This document shows, piece by piece, positions 26,611-34,338 of a DNA stretch of 42,867 nt; the stretch's first letter is position 1, and each line of letters opens with the position of its first letter. The notes under the pieces were generated by a model. It saw only the letters and a program-made list of their open reading frames with translations, had not been told where the DNA came from and searched no databases. The DNA comes from a virus (lineage: Duplodnaviria > Caudoviricetes). The translations under genes were made by a program, and so were the position numbers. Where the stretch lies: positions 1 to 42,867 of the IMG/VR virus record IMGVR_UViG_3300014169_000011. One strand, 5' to 3'.

Positions 26611-27536
26611 CCGATCTTCTGCAGGATCACGTCGGAGTAGATCTCAAGATCACCGGTGCTGACCGCGGTGCCTGTCGTGCCGACATTGGCGTTGAAGTAG
26701 GTATCGAACTCCAGCGTGGTCGTTCCGGAAAGCGTGAAGCAGCCTTGCACGCTACCTTCGCCCGTCAGACCGGTCCCGATGCCGATCTCAGGCCCCAGAA
26801 CCTCGTTCGCGCTCAAAGTGATGTTGCGAAGACGAAAGCGCCCCTGCGCCGGGCCGCCCGAGATGTTGAGACCCCCCACGGCGAAAGCGCAGTAGTTGCC
26901 GGCCGGGATGCCGGTGATCTGGTTGCCTGACAGCGACACCCCCGCGATGCTGGCGGCGACAGTAGCGTTGAGCGGACGAACCGACCACGTCGAGACCGTC
27001 AGCGACGATCCGGCGGTTCCCGAGGCACGCTGTTCCTGGAACTCCGCAAACGGCAACGTCACAGCCGCCCAACTCGCTGCCGAGCCGTTCGTGGTCAAGT
27101 ACTTGCCGCTGTTCGCGGTCTGTGAAGGCGCGAGATTGTTGAACGTCGTCGTCAGGTTGGAGAAGTCCGACCCGTTGTTGACCTTCGCCGTCCCGCCCAG
27201 GTTGGATAGCGCGGTGAGTTCATTCGCCACGTCCGTCAGGTTATTCGCGGCCAGGAGCCCGCCCAGGGCGCTGATGGCGCCCGCGCCCGTCGTAGAGCCT
27301 GTTCCGCCTTGGGGGATGCTCAGCGGCGTCGTAAGACCGCTCAACGACGTGATGTTCGAGTTCGCGCCGCTGTTGGCGGCGGCGCCGGCGCAAGTGTTCA
27401 CCGAGTTCAGATTCGCCATGACCTGATTGGCGTCGGCCGTCTGGCCGTTGGTCAGCGTGTAAGGCAGCGAAGGACACACAGCTCCCGCCAGGCCGGGGAC
27501 GGCCAGCAGGGCGAGTGCGATCAGCCAATGTCTCAT
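26607..27536 (-). CDS. Tail fibre protein with an N-terminal signal peptide
   Basis: Start moved to ATG 27536 (ATGA overlap with the nozzle stop); MRHWLIALALLAVPGLAGA|V. Fibre motifs YTLTNGQTADANQVMAN, NSNITSLSGLTTPLSIPQGGTG, AANNLTDV...ALSNLG, SQTANSGKYLTTNG. Confidence 0.82.
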   Translation of the reverse strand: MRHWLIALALLAVPGLAGAVCPSLPYTLTNGQTADANQVMANLNSVNTCAGAAANSGANSNITSLSGLTTPLSIPQGGTGSTTGAGAISALGGLLAANNLTDVANELTALSNLGGTAKVNNGSDFSNLTTTFNNLAPSQTANSGKYLTTNGSAASWAAVTLPFAEFQEQRASGTAGSSLTVSTWSVRPLNATVAASIAGVSLSGNQITGIPAGNYCAFAVGGLNISGGPAQGRFRLRNITLSANEVLGPEIGIGTGLTGEGSVQGCFTLSGTTTLEFDTYFNANVGTTGTAVSTGDLEIYSDVILQKIG

Positions 27537-29509
27537 GCCGCTATCCCTGCCGCGTTGAACCCGGCGCCGAGGTATCCAAGCTCTACATACTCTAGATTTG
27601 CGTTGCCGATGACAAATCCTGCCGCCGACTGTCCTGCGACGAGCAGCGACGCCTGCTTGAAGATCAGCGATTGCGACCAGTGGAGACCGTACTGCCGATA
27701 CGGCGTGACCGCGGCGCCCCACGTCGCCGAGCCCCAGTCGAAGGCATCCCAGACCGATCCGCCGGCGCCGGGCGCCGCGATCACCGCCGAGCCTATCACC
27801 GTGCCGAGTTCGTTCGTTCCGATGACCGTGACAGATATCCCGCCCGGCATCGAAAGACCGATCGCACCGCGAGGGCTGCTGTTCGCCGCCATGGCTTCGT
27901 TGTCGGGCAACAACGACGTCTGCCAGGTGAACGTCATGGCGACGCCGTTTTCCACGTATGTAGAGTTTGCCGATGGTAGCGCACTAGACTCGTATATGAA
28001 CCCGTCTACACCGGGTTGTGTCATAATAAACGAGTTTACCGGAGAATATATAGCCGCGTTCAAAGCAGCAACAGACGTGTGAGGCCCGGTCCATATAGTC
28101 AGGTTCATGTCGTACCAATACTCTTGATACGGCTCCCCGTTCACGGCTCCGTTCTGAACTGTTATCCGCAAGACGTTTTGGTTATACGCTGCGGTCATCC
28201 GCGTAGGACTGATGGCGTACTGGAAAGGAACCGACACACCCTGGCCGTCGGCGCCGATCGGGGCGGACGACTGGCCGTTGAGCCCGATGATCCGCACCCC
28301 GTCGGGCGCCACATAGGCCACGCCGATCGGCGTCGGCGTGATCGTGTTCGGCGCCAGCGTGCCGACTGAGCCGTTGACGAAGTTGCTCTCCAGCGGTGAT
28401 GCCGTCGAGCTTGGATCGCCTGTGACCTGCCAGTAGCCGCCCGAGCCCTTGAAGACGATCAACGACTGGATGGTGCCGCCGATGACCTGATTAGCAAGAG
28501 GCACGCCGCCTATCGCGGTAACGGATGTGCTGTCGCCCATGGTGAGCGCCGGCACGAACGTCCCACCCGCCCCGGTGAACTGCAGCGGCTGCAGCGCATC
28601 CGAGAAGGTGACGCCATTATTGACCGCCAGGTAGGCCCGGCCGTTGAACTGGGAGACCGCAACCGGCACGGCAGGCAGAGGGAATGCGCCGGACACCTGG
28701 CCCGAGCCGTAGAGCGGCGCAGCCATCGTTCCGCCGGTGACGGTGAACGTGACCCCTGCATGCGATCCTGTCGCCGCCTGGGAGATCGTCACCGCCGTGC
28801 CGGCGGCGTTGATGCCGGTGATGTAGGTCCCCGCCGGAAGGTCCCCTGCCGAAGTCTGGATCAACTGCCCCACCGACCAGCCGAGCGTGAAAGCGCTCGC
28901 CGACAGGGTGTCGATCGTCGTGTTGCCGTGCGTCGCCCCGGTCACTGCGCCGGTATAGGAGAAGCCCGAAACATCGATCCAGCCGATGAAGTGCGTGACG
29001 CCATCGTAGCCCGGATGGGTGATCAGGATTTTGTTCGCGATCATGTCCATCTGCGGCGGGGTCCAGTCGCCGGTGTTGTTCGTGCTGACCGGTGTGTTGG
29101 CGGCGGTGACATTGCCGATCGTCACGAAGGACCCGGCTACCGCGTCATAGCAGAAGGGCTCGCTGTTCCCCGCATACCGGCCAGTCTGCACCATGCCGTA
29201 GATGCGAGAGCCGACGACGTAGAGCGCCTCGACGATGTCCGGCGCCGTGAACGAACCGGCGACCGCGTAGATGATGTTGCCGTTCGAATCGAGCAGCGGG
29301 TTGCCGTTGCTGTCGAGCAGCGGATCGCTGCCGCCGAGCTCGACGAGCGCCACGATGGCGGGGCGCGGAACGAACTGCTGCGAGGTCGACGGGTTGGGGA
29401 TCAGGTTCTGCAGCGACTGCATCGAGCCCGGAAAGGCGTTCGAGCCGTCGATAGCGTCGGACAGGCCTTTCGCTTTGAAGGTCAGAGGTCTCCCTTTGCG
29501 AACCGGCAT
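27533..29509 (-). CDS. Tail nozzle / packaged-DNA stabilization protein (P22 gp10 / T7 gp12-like)
   Basis: 658 aa from ATG 29509; GLSDAID, LQNLIP, QFNGRAY, VAYVAPDGVR beta-propeller-like pattern; lies after the adaptor gene. Confidence 0.72.
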   Translation of the reverse strand: MPVRKGRPLTFKAKGLSDAIDGSNAFPGSMQSLQNLIPNPSTSQQFVPRPAIVALVELGGSDPLLDSNGNPLLDSNGNIIYAVAGSFTAPDIVEALYVVGSRIYGMVQTGRYAGNSEPFCYDAVAGSFVTIGNVTAANTPVSTNNTGDWTPPQMDMIANKILITHPGYDGVTHFIGWIDVSGFSYTGAVTGATHGNTTIDTLSASAFTLGWSVGQLIQTSAGDLPAGTYITGINAAGTAVTISQAATGSHAGVTFTVTGGTMAAPLYGSGQVSGAFPLPAVPVAVSQFNGRAYLAVNNGVTFSDALQPLQFTGAGGTFVPALTMGDSTSVTAIGGVPLANQVIGGTIQSLIVFKGSGGYWQVTGDPSSTASPLESNFVNGSVGTLAPNTITPTPIGVAYVAPDGVRIIGLNGQSSAPIGADGQGVSVPFQYAISPTRMTAAYNQNVLRITVQNGAVNGEPYQEYWYDMNLTIWTGPHTSVAALNAAIYSPVNSFIMTQPGVDGFIYESSALPSANSTYVENGVAMTFTWQTSLLPDNEAMAANSSPRGAIGLSMPGGISVTVIGTNELGTVIGSAVIAAPGAGGSVWDAFDWGSATWGAAVTPYRQYGLHWSQSLIFKQASLLVAGQSAAGFVIGNANLEYVELGYLGAGFNAAGIAA

Positions 29510-29510
29510 A

Positions 29511-30308
29511 TCAGACCCCCGCGCCGTGCATCCGCAGCGCCAACGGGAGAACAGAGAGCAAAGCCAGGGACCACCCCACGACTTTGGTATTCCTGAGATT
29601 CGAGTACGACCGGCCAAACCTTCGCAGGTCGAGCTTTACGGTCGTCGCCCGATTCGAGCGGTTGTCCTTCAGCTTCAGGTACTCGCGCAGATCGTCGTCG
29701 GCCTCCTGGTCCCATTGCGCTTGGCGATCGTCGTCGACCTCACCCATCAGGGCGGCCGTAACCTTCTTGCGCAGATACCCCTGGTGCGGGAACCAGGGGA
29801 CGACAGCCGACGTCTCAGGCGTCGCGATGTCGGCCATCTGGCTGAAGTACCGGATCGTGTAGGGGTAGGCGCCGCTGGCGGGGGCGTAGACGTAGAACAC
29901 CGGCGTCGCGTTGTCCGTCAGGCTCATGTCGGTGGCAATGACGTAGGGATACGACTGCGACCCTGCCTGCTGCACCGTCATGTCGATCTCGCTGAGATCG
30001 CAGGGGATCATCAGATACGGAACGCCGGACCCTGGGAGGACCCAGAAGGCCGAGTGATCGTCCTTCATCCGTAGGAAATCCGCCGGCAGGGCGTACGGCC
30101 CCGATCCGTAGAGGCCTAGATTTCCGACAGCGGTGATCTGTCCCGGAACGAAATTCCCGTACGCGGTCTTCGCGGCGATCTCGAAGTCATAGGTCCGGCA
30201 CAGGTCGCCCAGCACCATGTTGAGCAACTGACCGCACTGCGTGATGAAGCCTGGCGCGTGGGCCGCCGCGCAGCAGCGTGTGACGATCTGCGCAGCGGTA
30301 AGCGCCAC
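29511..30308 (-). CDS. Head-to-tail adaptor protein
   Basis: LTAAQIV, LLNMVL.DL, YALPADFLR, YVYAP...Y.Y.IRY; position in the virion module. Confidence 0.7.
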   Translation of the reverse strand: MALTAAQIVTRCCAAAHAPGFITQCGQLLNMVLGDLCRTYDFEIAAKTAYGNFVPGQITAVGNLGLYGSGPYALPADFLRMKDDHSAFWVLPGSGVPYLMIPCDLSEIDMTVQQAGSQSYPYVIATDMSLTDNATPVFYVYAPASGAYPYTIRYFSQMADIATPETSAVVPWFPHQGYLRKKVTAALMGEVDDDRQAQWDQEADDDLREYLKLKDNRSNRATTVKLDLRRFGRSYSNLRNTKVVGWSLALLSVLPLALRMHGAGV

Positions 30309-31040
30309 CTAGCCCTCCAGGACGCTCCGACGCTTGGCGAGGCGGCCTTCGTCTTCGGTGATGAGCTCGGTGTAACGGGCGACCGTGTTCTCGAGGCCTT
30401 GGACTTCTTGCCGGCCCTCGTTCTCGCGCTTCTCACGCGCGACGGCGTTCTTCGCCATCGCCGCGTCGTAGTCGGCGTCCCACTGCGCGAGCACCATGTC
30501 GCGGGCTTCGCCCGCCCTCTCGATCCCGAGGTCGATGCGATCGAGGTTCGCCTTGTCGGCGCCGCGCGGCAGATAGGACCCCTGGCGACCGGCTTTGCGG
30601 AACGCGGCGAGACCGTTCTGGAAATGCTCTCCGCGCATCTCCTGCATGGCGACGATCTCGGCGTTCATCTCGGCGAGCTTGCGCGCCCGCTCGGCCTCGC
30701 GCCGGCCCTTCATCTCTTCGATCTCGACATCGAACATCGCCAGGGCGTGCTCGGTGTTCGTTACCGACGTGCGGATGTGATCCTCGAACTTGGCGCGCTC
30801 GGCGGCGTTCTTGCGGATCTGTTCTTCCAGATCCTCGATCTCGTAGCGGGCCTTCAGCTTGTCGGCGAACATGAACATCCGGTCGAGCCGGGCCATGATC
30901 GAAGCGTCGGCTTCGTCGCCCTCGTAGCCGGACTGGAAACTGATCTGCCGGTCGTTCGAGATGCCGATGACGACGTTGAGGCCGGTGGCGATGACCTTCG
31001 AGATCGGCGCGTCCTCGCGCAGCTTGGTGACTTCGGCCAT
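30309..31040 (-). CDS. Coiled-coil hypothetical protein
   Basis: 243 aa, charged and helical; tightly packed in the late operon. Confidence 0.7.
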   Translation of the reverse strand: MAEVTKLREDAPISKVIATGLNVVIGISNDRQISFQSGYEGDEADASIMARLDRMFMFADKLKARYEIEDLEEQIRKNAAERAKFEDHIRTSVTNTEHALAMFDVEIEEMKGRREAERARKLAEMNAEIVAMQEMRGEHFQNGLAAFRKAGRQGSYLPRGADKANLDRIDLGIERAGEARDMVLAQWDADYDAAMAKNAVAREKRENEGRQEVQGLENTVARYTELITEDEGRLAKRRSVLEG

Positions 31041-31041
31041 G

Positions 31042-31524
31042 TCAGTTCATCGCCGGCACGCCGACGATCGAACCGCTGCGGGCGTTGATCATCGTGTTGT
31101 GCTTCTTGGTGAACTTCTGATGGATGGACTTGCCCTCCATCTGCTCATCGTGCCGCCAGGCCTTGAACTGCTCGTCGGCCAGGGTGCGCGCGACGTGCAG
31201 CGGCACGTCGTAGCGGCGCCCGTGGTAGTAGGGCCGGCCGCTCAGCGTGATCCGGTCGGCGTAGGTCGGCAGGTCGACCGTGAAGCTGACGATCGCATCA
31301 TCAGCCTCGACACCCGTCGTCATGCCTTCTTCGACGCGCAGCCGTTCGAGTTCCTGTTCCTCGACGGCGCGCATCGCCGCGGCGTGGCGCTCGGCGTCAA
31401 GCTTCTTGCGGGCGTTAGCGCGCGCCTTCAGGACCTCTTCGTTCGAGAGGATCGGATGCAGGCGGATGTCCGCCCCGGCTTGCACCATGAGGGCGTCGAG
31501 GTCTTCTAGCTCGGTATCGGCCAC
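31042..31524 (-). CDS. Hypothetical protein of the head-completion region
   Basis: AAGGAG RBS with GTG start; ITLSGRPYYHGRRYDVP. Confidence 0.7.
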   Translation of the reverse strand: MADTELEDLDALMVQAGADIRLHPILSNEEVLKARANARKKLDAERHAAAMRAVEEQELERLRVEEGMTTGVEADDAIVSFTVDLPTYADRITLSGRPYYHGRRYDVPLHVARTLADEQFKAWRHDEQMEGKSIHQKFTKKHNTMINARSGSIVGVPAMN

Positions 31525-31533
31525 GGGGGCTCC

Positions 31534-31833
31534 TTAGGTGTGCGTCCAGCCGCCGGTGGCGATGGAGTACTTGGAGACTAGTATGGGCCACCCGTTCGCG
31601 TCCACCCCCACGAAATCGCCGGGCAAGACGTTCAGCACGCCCCGGTTAGGGATGAATAGCTGCCCGGCTTGGAAGGCGCCGGGGAGGCGGGCATGCGCGT
31701 TGCCGATGTCGTTCTGGATTGCGTTCTGGATCGTCGCCTGGTCGGCGGCCAGCAAGCCGCTGGCATAGCCAGGGGCGTACAGGACCGCCGTCAGCGACGT
31801 CTGGGCCGTCGTGCCAAGCGTGCGCGTTGCCAC
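31534..31833 (-). CDS. Hypothetical virion-associated protein
   Basis: GGAG RBS; operon packing downstream of the capsid gene. Confidence 0.65.
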   Translation of the reverse strand: MATRTLGTTAQTSLTAVLYAPGYASGLLAADQATIQNAIQNDIGNAHARLPGAFQAGQLFIPNRGVLNVLPGDFVGVDANGWPILVSKYSIATGGWTHT

Positions 31834-31836
31834 AGG

Positions 31837-32106
31837 CTACGCTCCGCCCGTCGACCAGGCCTGCAAGCGCGTGAGCGCGGCCAGGACCTGGGCTTGCAGG
31901 TCCGAGGCCATCGAGTTCGTGATCACGTTGCCCGAGGTCACTCCGATCGCAGTGTTGAAGTTCGCCGCGGACGGCGAGTCACCGCCCGGCACCTGGACGA
32001 TGCCGGTTTGCTGAAGCCGAAGCTTCTGCGCCGACGGGACGGTCATTGGGCTGGCGCCGTCAGGGATCCAGTCGATCTCGAGCTGGTAGCGGAGTCCGTA
32101 GGCCAT
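31837..32106 (-). CDS. Hypothetical virion-associated protein
   Basis: AGGAGG RBS; immediately after the capsid gene. Confidence 0.7.
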   Translation of the reverse strand: MAYGLRYQLEIDWIPDGASPMTVPSAQKLRLQQTGIVQVPGGDSPSAANFNTAIGVTSGNVITNSMASDLQAQVLAALTRLQAWSTGGA

Positions 32107-32136
32107 GAAGGGCCTCCTATGAGCGTGCGGCTAGGA

Positions 32137-33489
32137 TCAGCCGAAGGTCGCGGTCAGGGCGCTGACGCTTTCGATGCGCGCGGCGAACTGGATGTTGGAG
32201 ATGAGCGTGCCGTAGAAGGCCTTCCAGCCGACTATGCGCAGTTGGTTGAGCGGGTCTGACTTGTCCGCGTCCTTCAGATAAGTGAATCGGACTTGGTCGA
32301 GTTCGACCTGGGCGTAGGCGCCCTTCCCGATCACGAAGGTCGGATACACCGTCAGGCCCGCGGTCGGCGTCGCCGGCGGGACCTGCATCGGCCCGATGGC
32401 GGTGAGGACGACCGTCTGGCCGCCGGCCATCTGGGTCGCGATTCCGGCGAGCGGGCCTTGGGTCGGCCCGGCGGCGGAGAGCGCCAGGTTCTGCGGCGTG
32501 GCGGTGGTGCCGATGTAGGCGGTGTAGGTGTAGCCCACGGTCGACGGCAGGGTCACGGAGATCGAGCCGTTCGGGCCGGTGACGTTCACGTTGCCGCTGA
32601 TCGCGTAGATCAGGGACTCGTACTGGTTCTGCGTGTCCTGGCCGGTAATGATCACGTTGTAGGTGGTCGAGGACGCCAGGGCGCCGGCGGTGCCCGCGGT
32701 GGCGTTCTGGCCGGTGTTGGCGACGCCCGTCAGGAACGGGATCAGGTTCGACTTGCAGAACCGGATGCCGCCCCACTCGCCGGCCTCGTAATTGTAGAGG
32801 CGGTTCAGGTCGGAATAGGTCCAGGCCAGCTTCACATCCGATTGCTGGCGGAAGTCGCCGACGACGAGCGTGTGGATCATCGCCACGTAGTGCGGCATGC
32901 CGCGCGGATCGGAGCTCGCCTTGGTCGGCCGGCCGGCGTCGATCTTGGTATCGGTCATCGTGTCGCCCATGAAGTAGGGCGCGCCGAGGGTTTCGAGAGC
33001 GGCGGTGGTGCGGATGACGGTCTGGCCATCGAGCACGTCGCCGGCGACCAGGGCGCCGCGCGAGCCGCGGCTGTTCACGTAGTTGACCTGCGGCAGCGCC
33101 ATGAGCGCCAGGAAGGTGTTGCGCTCGAGCGTTTCAGCGAGCTGCAGGGCGATGAGTTCGATCGCCTTCTGGAACAGCGGGTGCTTGATCGTCATCTCGG
33201 CGACGTCGGTGATCGTCACCTTGTCGCCCCACTGAAGCGCCGTGGCCGTGACCTGCTGGATCGTGAGGTTTTCGCCGATCGGCGGCACGCCCTCGGAGAG
33301 CGGCGCGTACGGCAGCGGGAGGCGCTGGTAGCGCGTGGCGGTGTAGGTGACGCCGCGGCCCTTCGGGATACCCTCGGACTTGTCGGCGAACTGGAAGGCG
33401 ACGAGCTGACGCTGCGCGAGGGGCAGCGTCTTGTCGGCGATATAGCCTTCGACGTCGGCTTGGGTGAAAGCGGAAGTGTTGACGGCCAT
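32137..33489 (-). CDS. Major capsid protein (N4 gp56-like HK97 fold) with an inserted beta domain
   Basis: IPKGRG, PLSEGVPP, QWGD.V.ITD, EAGEWGGIRF, DKSDPLNQ...VGWK. Confidence 0.9.
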   Translation of the reverse strand: MAVNTSAFTQADVEGYIADKTLPLAQRQLVAFQFADKSEGIPKGRGVTYTATRYQRLPLPYAPLSEGVPPIGENLTIQQVTATALQWGDKVTITDVAEMTIKHPLFQKAIELIALQLAETLERNTFLALMALPQVNYVNSRGSRGALVAGDVLDGQTVIRTTAALETLGAPYFMGDTMTDTKIDAGRPTKASSDPRGMPHYVAMIHTLVVGDFRQQSDVKLAWTYSDLNRLYNYEAGEWGGIRFCKSNLIPFLTGVANTGQNATAGTAGALASSTTYNVIITGQDTQNQYESLIYAISGNVNVTGPNGSISVTLPSTVGYTYTAYIGTTATPQNLALSAAGPTQGPLAGIATQMAGGQTVVLTAIGPMQVPPATPTAGLTVYPTFVIGKGAYAQVELDQVRFTYLKDADKSDPLNQLRIVGWKAFYGTLISNIQFAARIESVSALTATFG

Positions 33490-33492
33490 GAG

Positions 33493-33514
33493 AGCCTCCG
33501 GTTGGACGGAGGCT
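33493..33514 (-). promoter_or_regulatory. Hairpin sequestering the capsid Shine-Dalgarno sequence
   Basis: Perfect 8-bp stem AGCCTCCG-tccaac-CGGAGGCT ending 3 nt before the capsid ATG. Confidence 0.6.
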
Positions 33515-33527
33515 GCTTAGGCTCCCG

Positions 33528-34229
33528 TCAAATTTCCATGTTCTCCAACCGCTTGTCGCGCGCAGCCTTGGATCCGGCGGCGCGGCGATCCGTGGCTGGA
33601 ACGTCCCCGCGAGCATTGCCGGGACGAGCGGTTTGTCGTTCGCGATTGACCTGCGCCGTCTTCTTGGTGCGGCTCGTCGCTCTTGTTGCGTTCGCCCGCA
33701 TCTTCATACCGATGACGTGGGTGAGCATGGTGTCTCGGTCGACGTTCGATCCGCGTGCGCGGAGAGCAGATAGTTCCCGCTCGACGTCGTCTTTGTATTT
33801 GGCCGCCACCGGGTCGGTGGCGCACAGGGTTTGAAAGGACAGCTTGTCGAGACGCTCGTTCGTGGCGAACCGCTCGTTGTTCCGGTCCTCTTCGAGGAGA
33901 AACAGTCTGCGCTCCATCGGGTCCATCTCATCGAGACGAGCCTGGCGAGCTGCTACAGATTCCGGTGACGGCGCCTTCGGCTGGGCCAGTATCCGCGCTT
34001 CGATCTCCGCGACTTTCTTCGCGGCGATCCGTTCGGCGACTTCCTCAACCCTTTGGTTGAAGGGCTTGCGCTGCGGCTTGGCCGCTACGGGAGACTCGTC
34101 GTCTTCCTCGAGGTCCTCGACCTCTTCGTCCGGTTCTTCGACCTCGTCCGGTTCGTCTAGCTCGTCTTCTGCGGGATCGACTTCATCGTCGAGATCGTCG
34201 CCGAGGTCGGCTTCGTACGAATCGGACAT
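33528..34229 (-). CDS. Scaffolding protein
   Basis: Very acidic N-terminus and helical body; lies between portal and capsid; AGGAG RBS. Confidence 0.75.
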   Translation of the reverse strand: MSDSYEADLGDDLDDEVDPAEDELDEPDEVEEPDEEVEDLEEDDESPVAAKPQRKPFNQRVEEVAERIAAKKVAEIEARILAQPKAPSPESVAARQARLDEMDPMERRLFLLEEDRNNERFATNERLDKLSFQTLCATDPVAAKYKDDVERELSALRARGSNVDRDTMLTHVIGMKMRANATRATSRTKKTAQVNRERQTARPGNARGDVPATDRRAAGSKAARDKRLENMEI

Positions 34230-34302
34230 TGGTCACTCCTGATGGGTATCGCCCATCGCTCGGGTAGGCTTAGCGACTAACGGCCGCCGGTCGATAGCCG
34301 AC

Positions 34303-34332
34303 AAGATGCATCGGCTTTAAGCGCTTTGTCAA
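34303..34332 (-). promoter_or_regulatory. Putative promoter for scaffold/capsid
   Basis: Minus-strand TTGACA (34327-34332) with a weak -10 (CATCTT) in the intergenic gap. Confidence 0.4.
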
Positions 34333-34338
34333 ACGGAG

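Noticed and set aside
27470-27536. Lipoprotein (SPase II) signal in the tail fibre (LAGAVC)
   Set aside because: The Cys is preceded by GAV rather than a canonical L-A/S-G/A lipobox. An AGA|V SPase I site fits better, although a predictor should confirm this.
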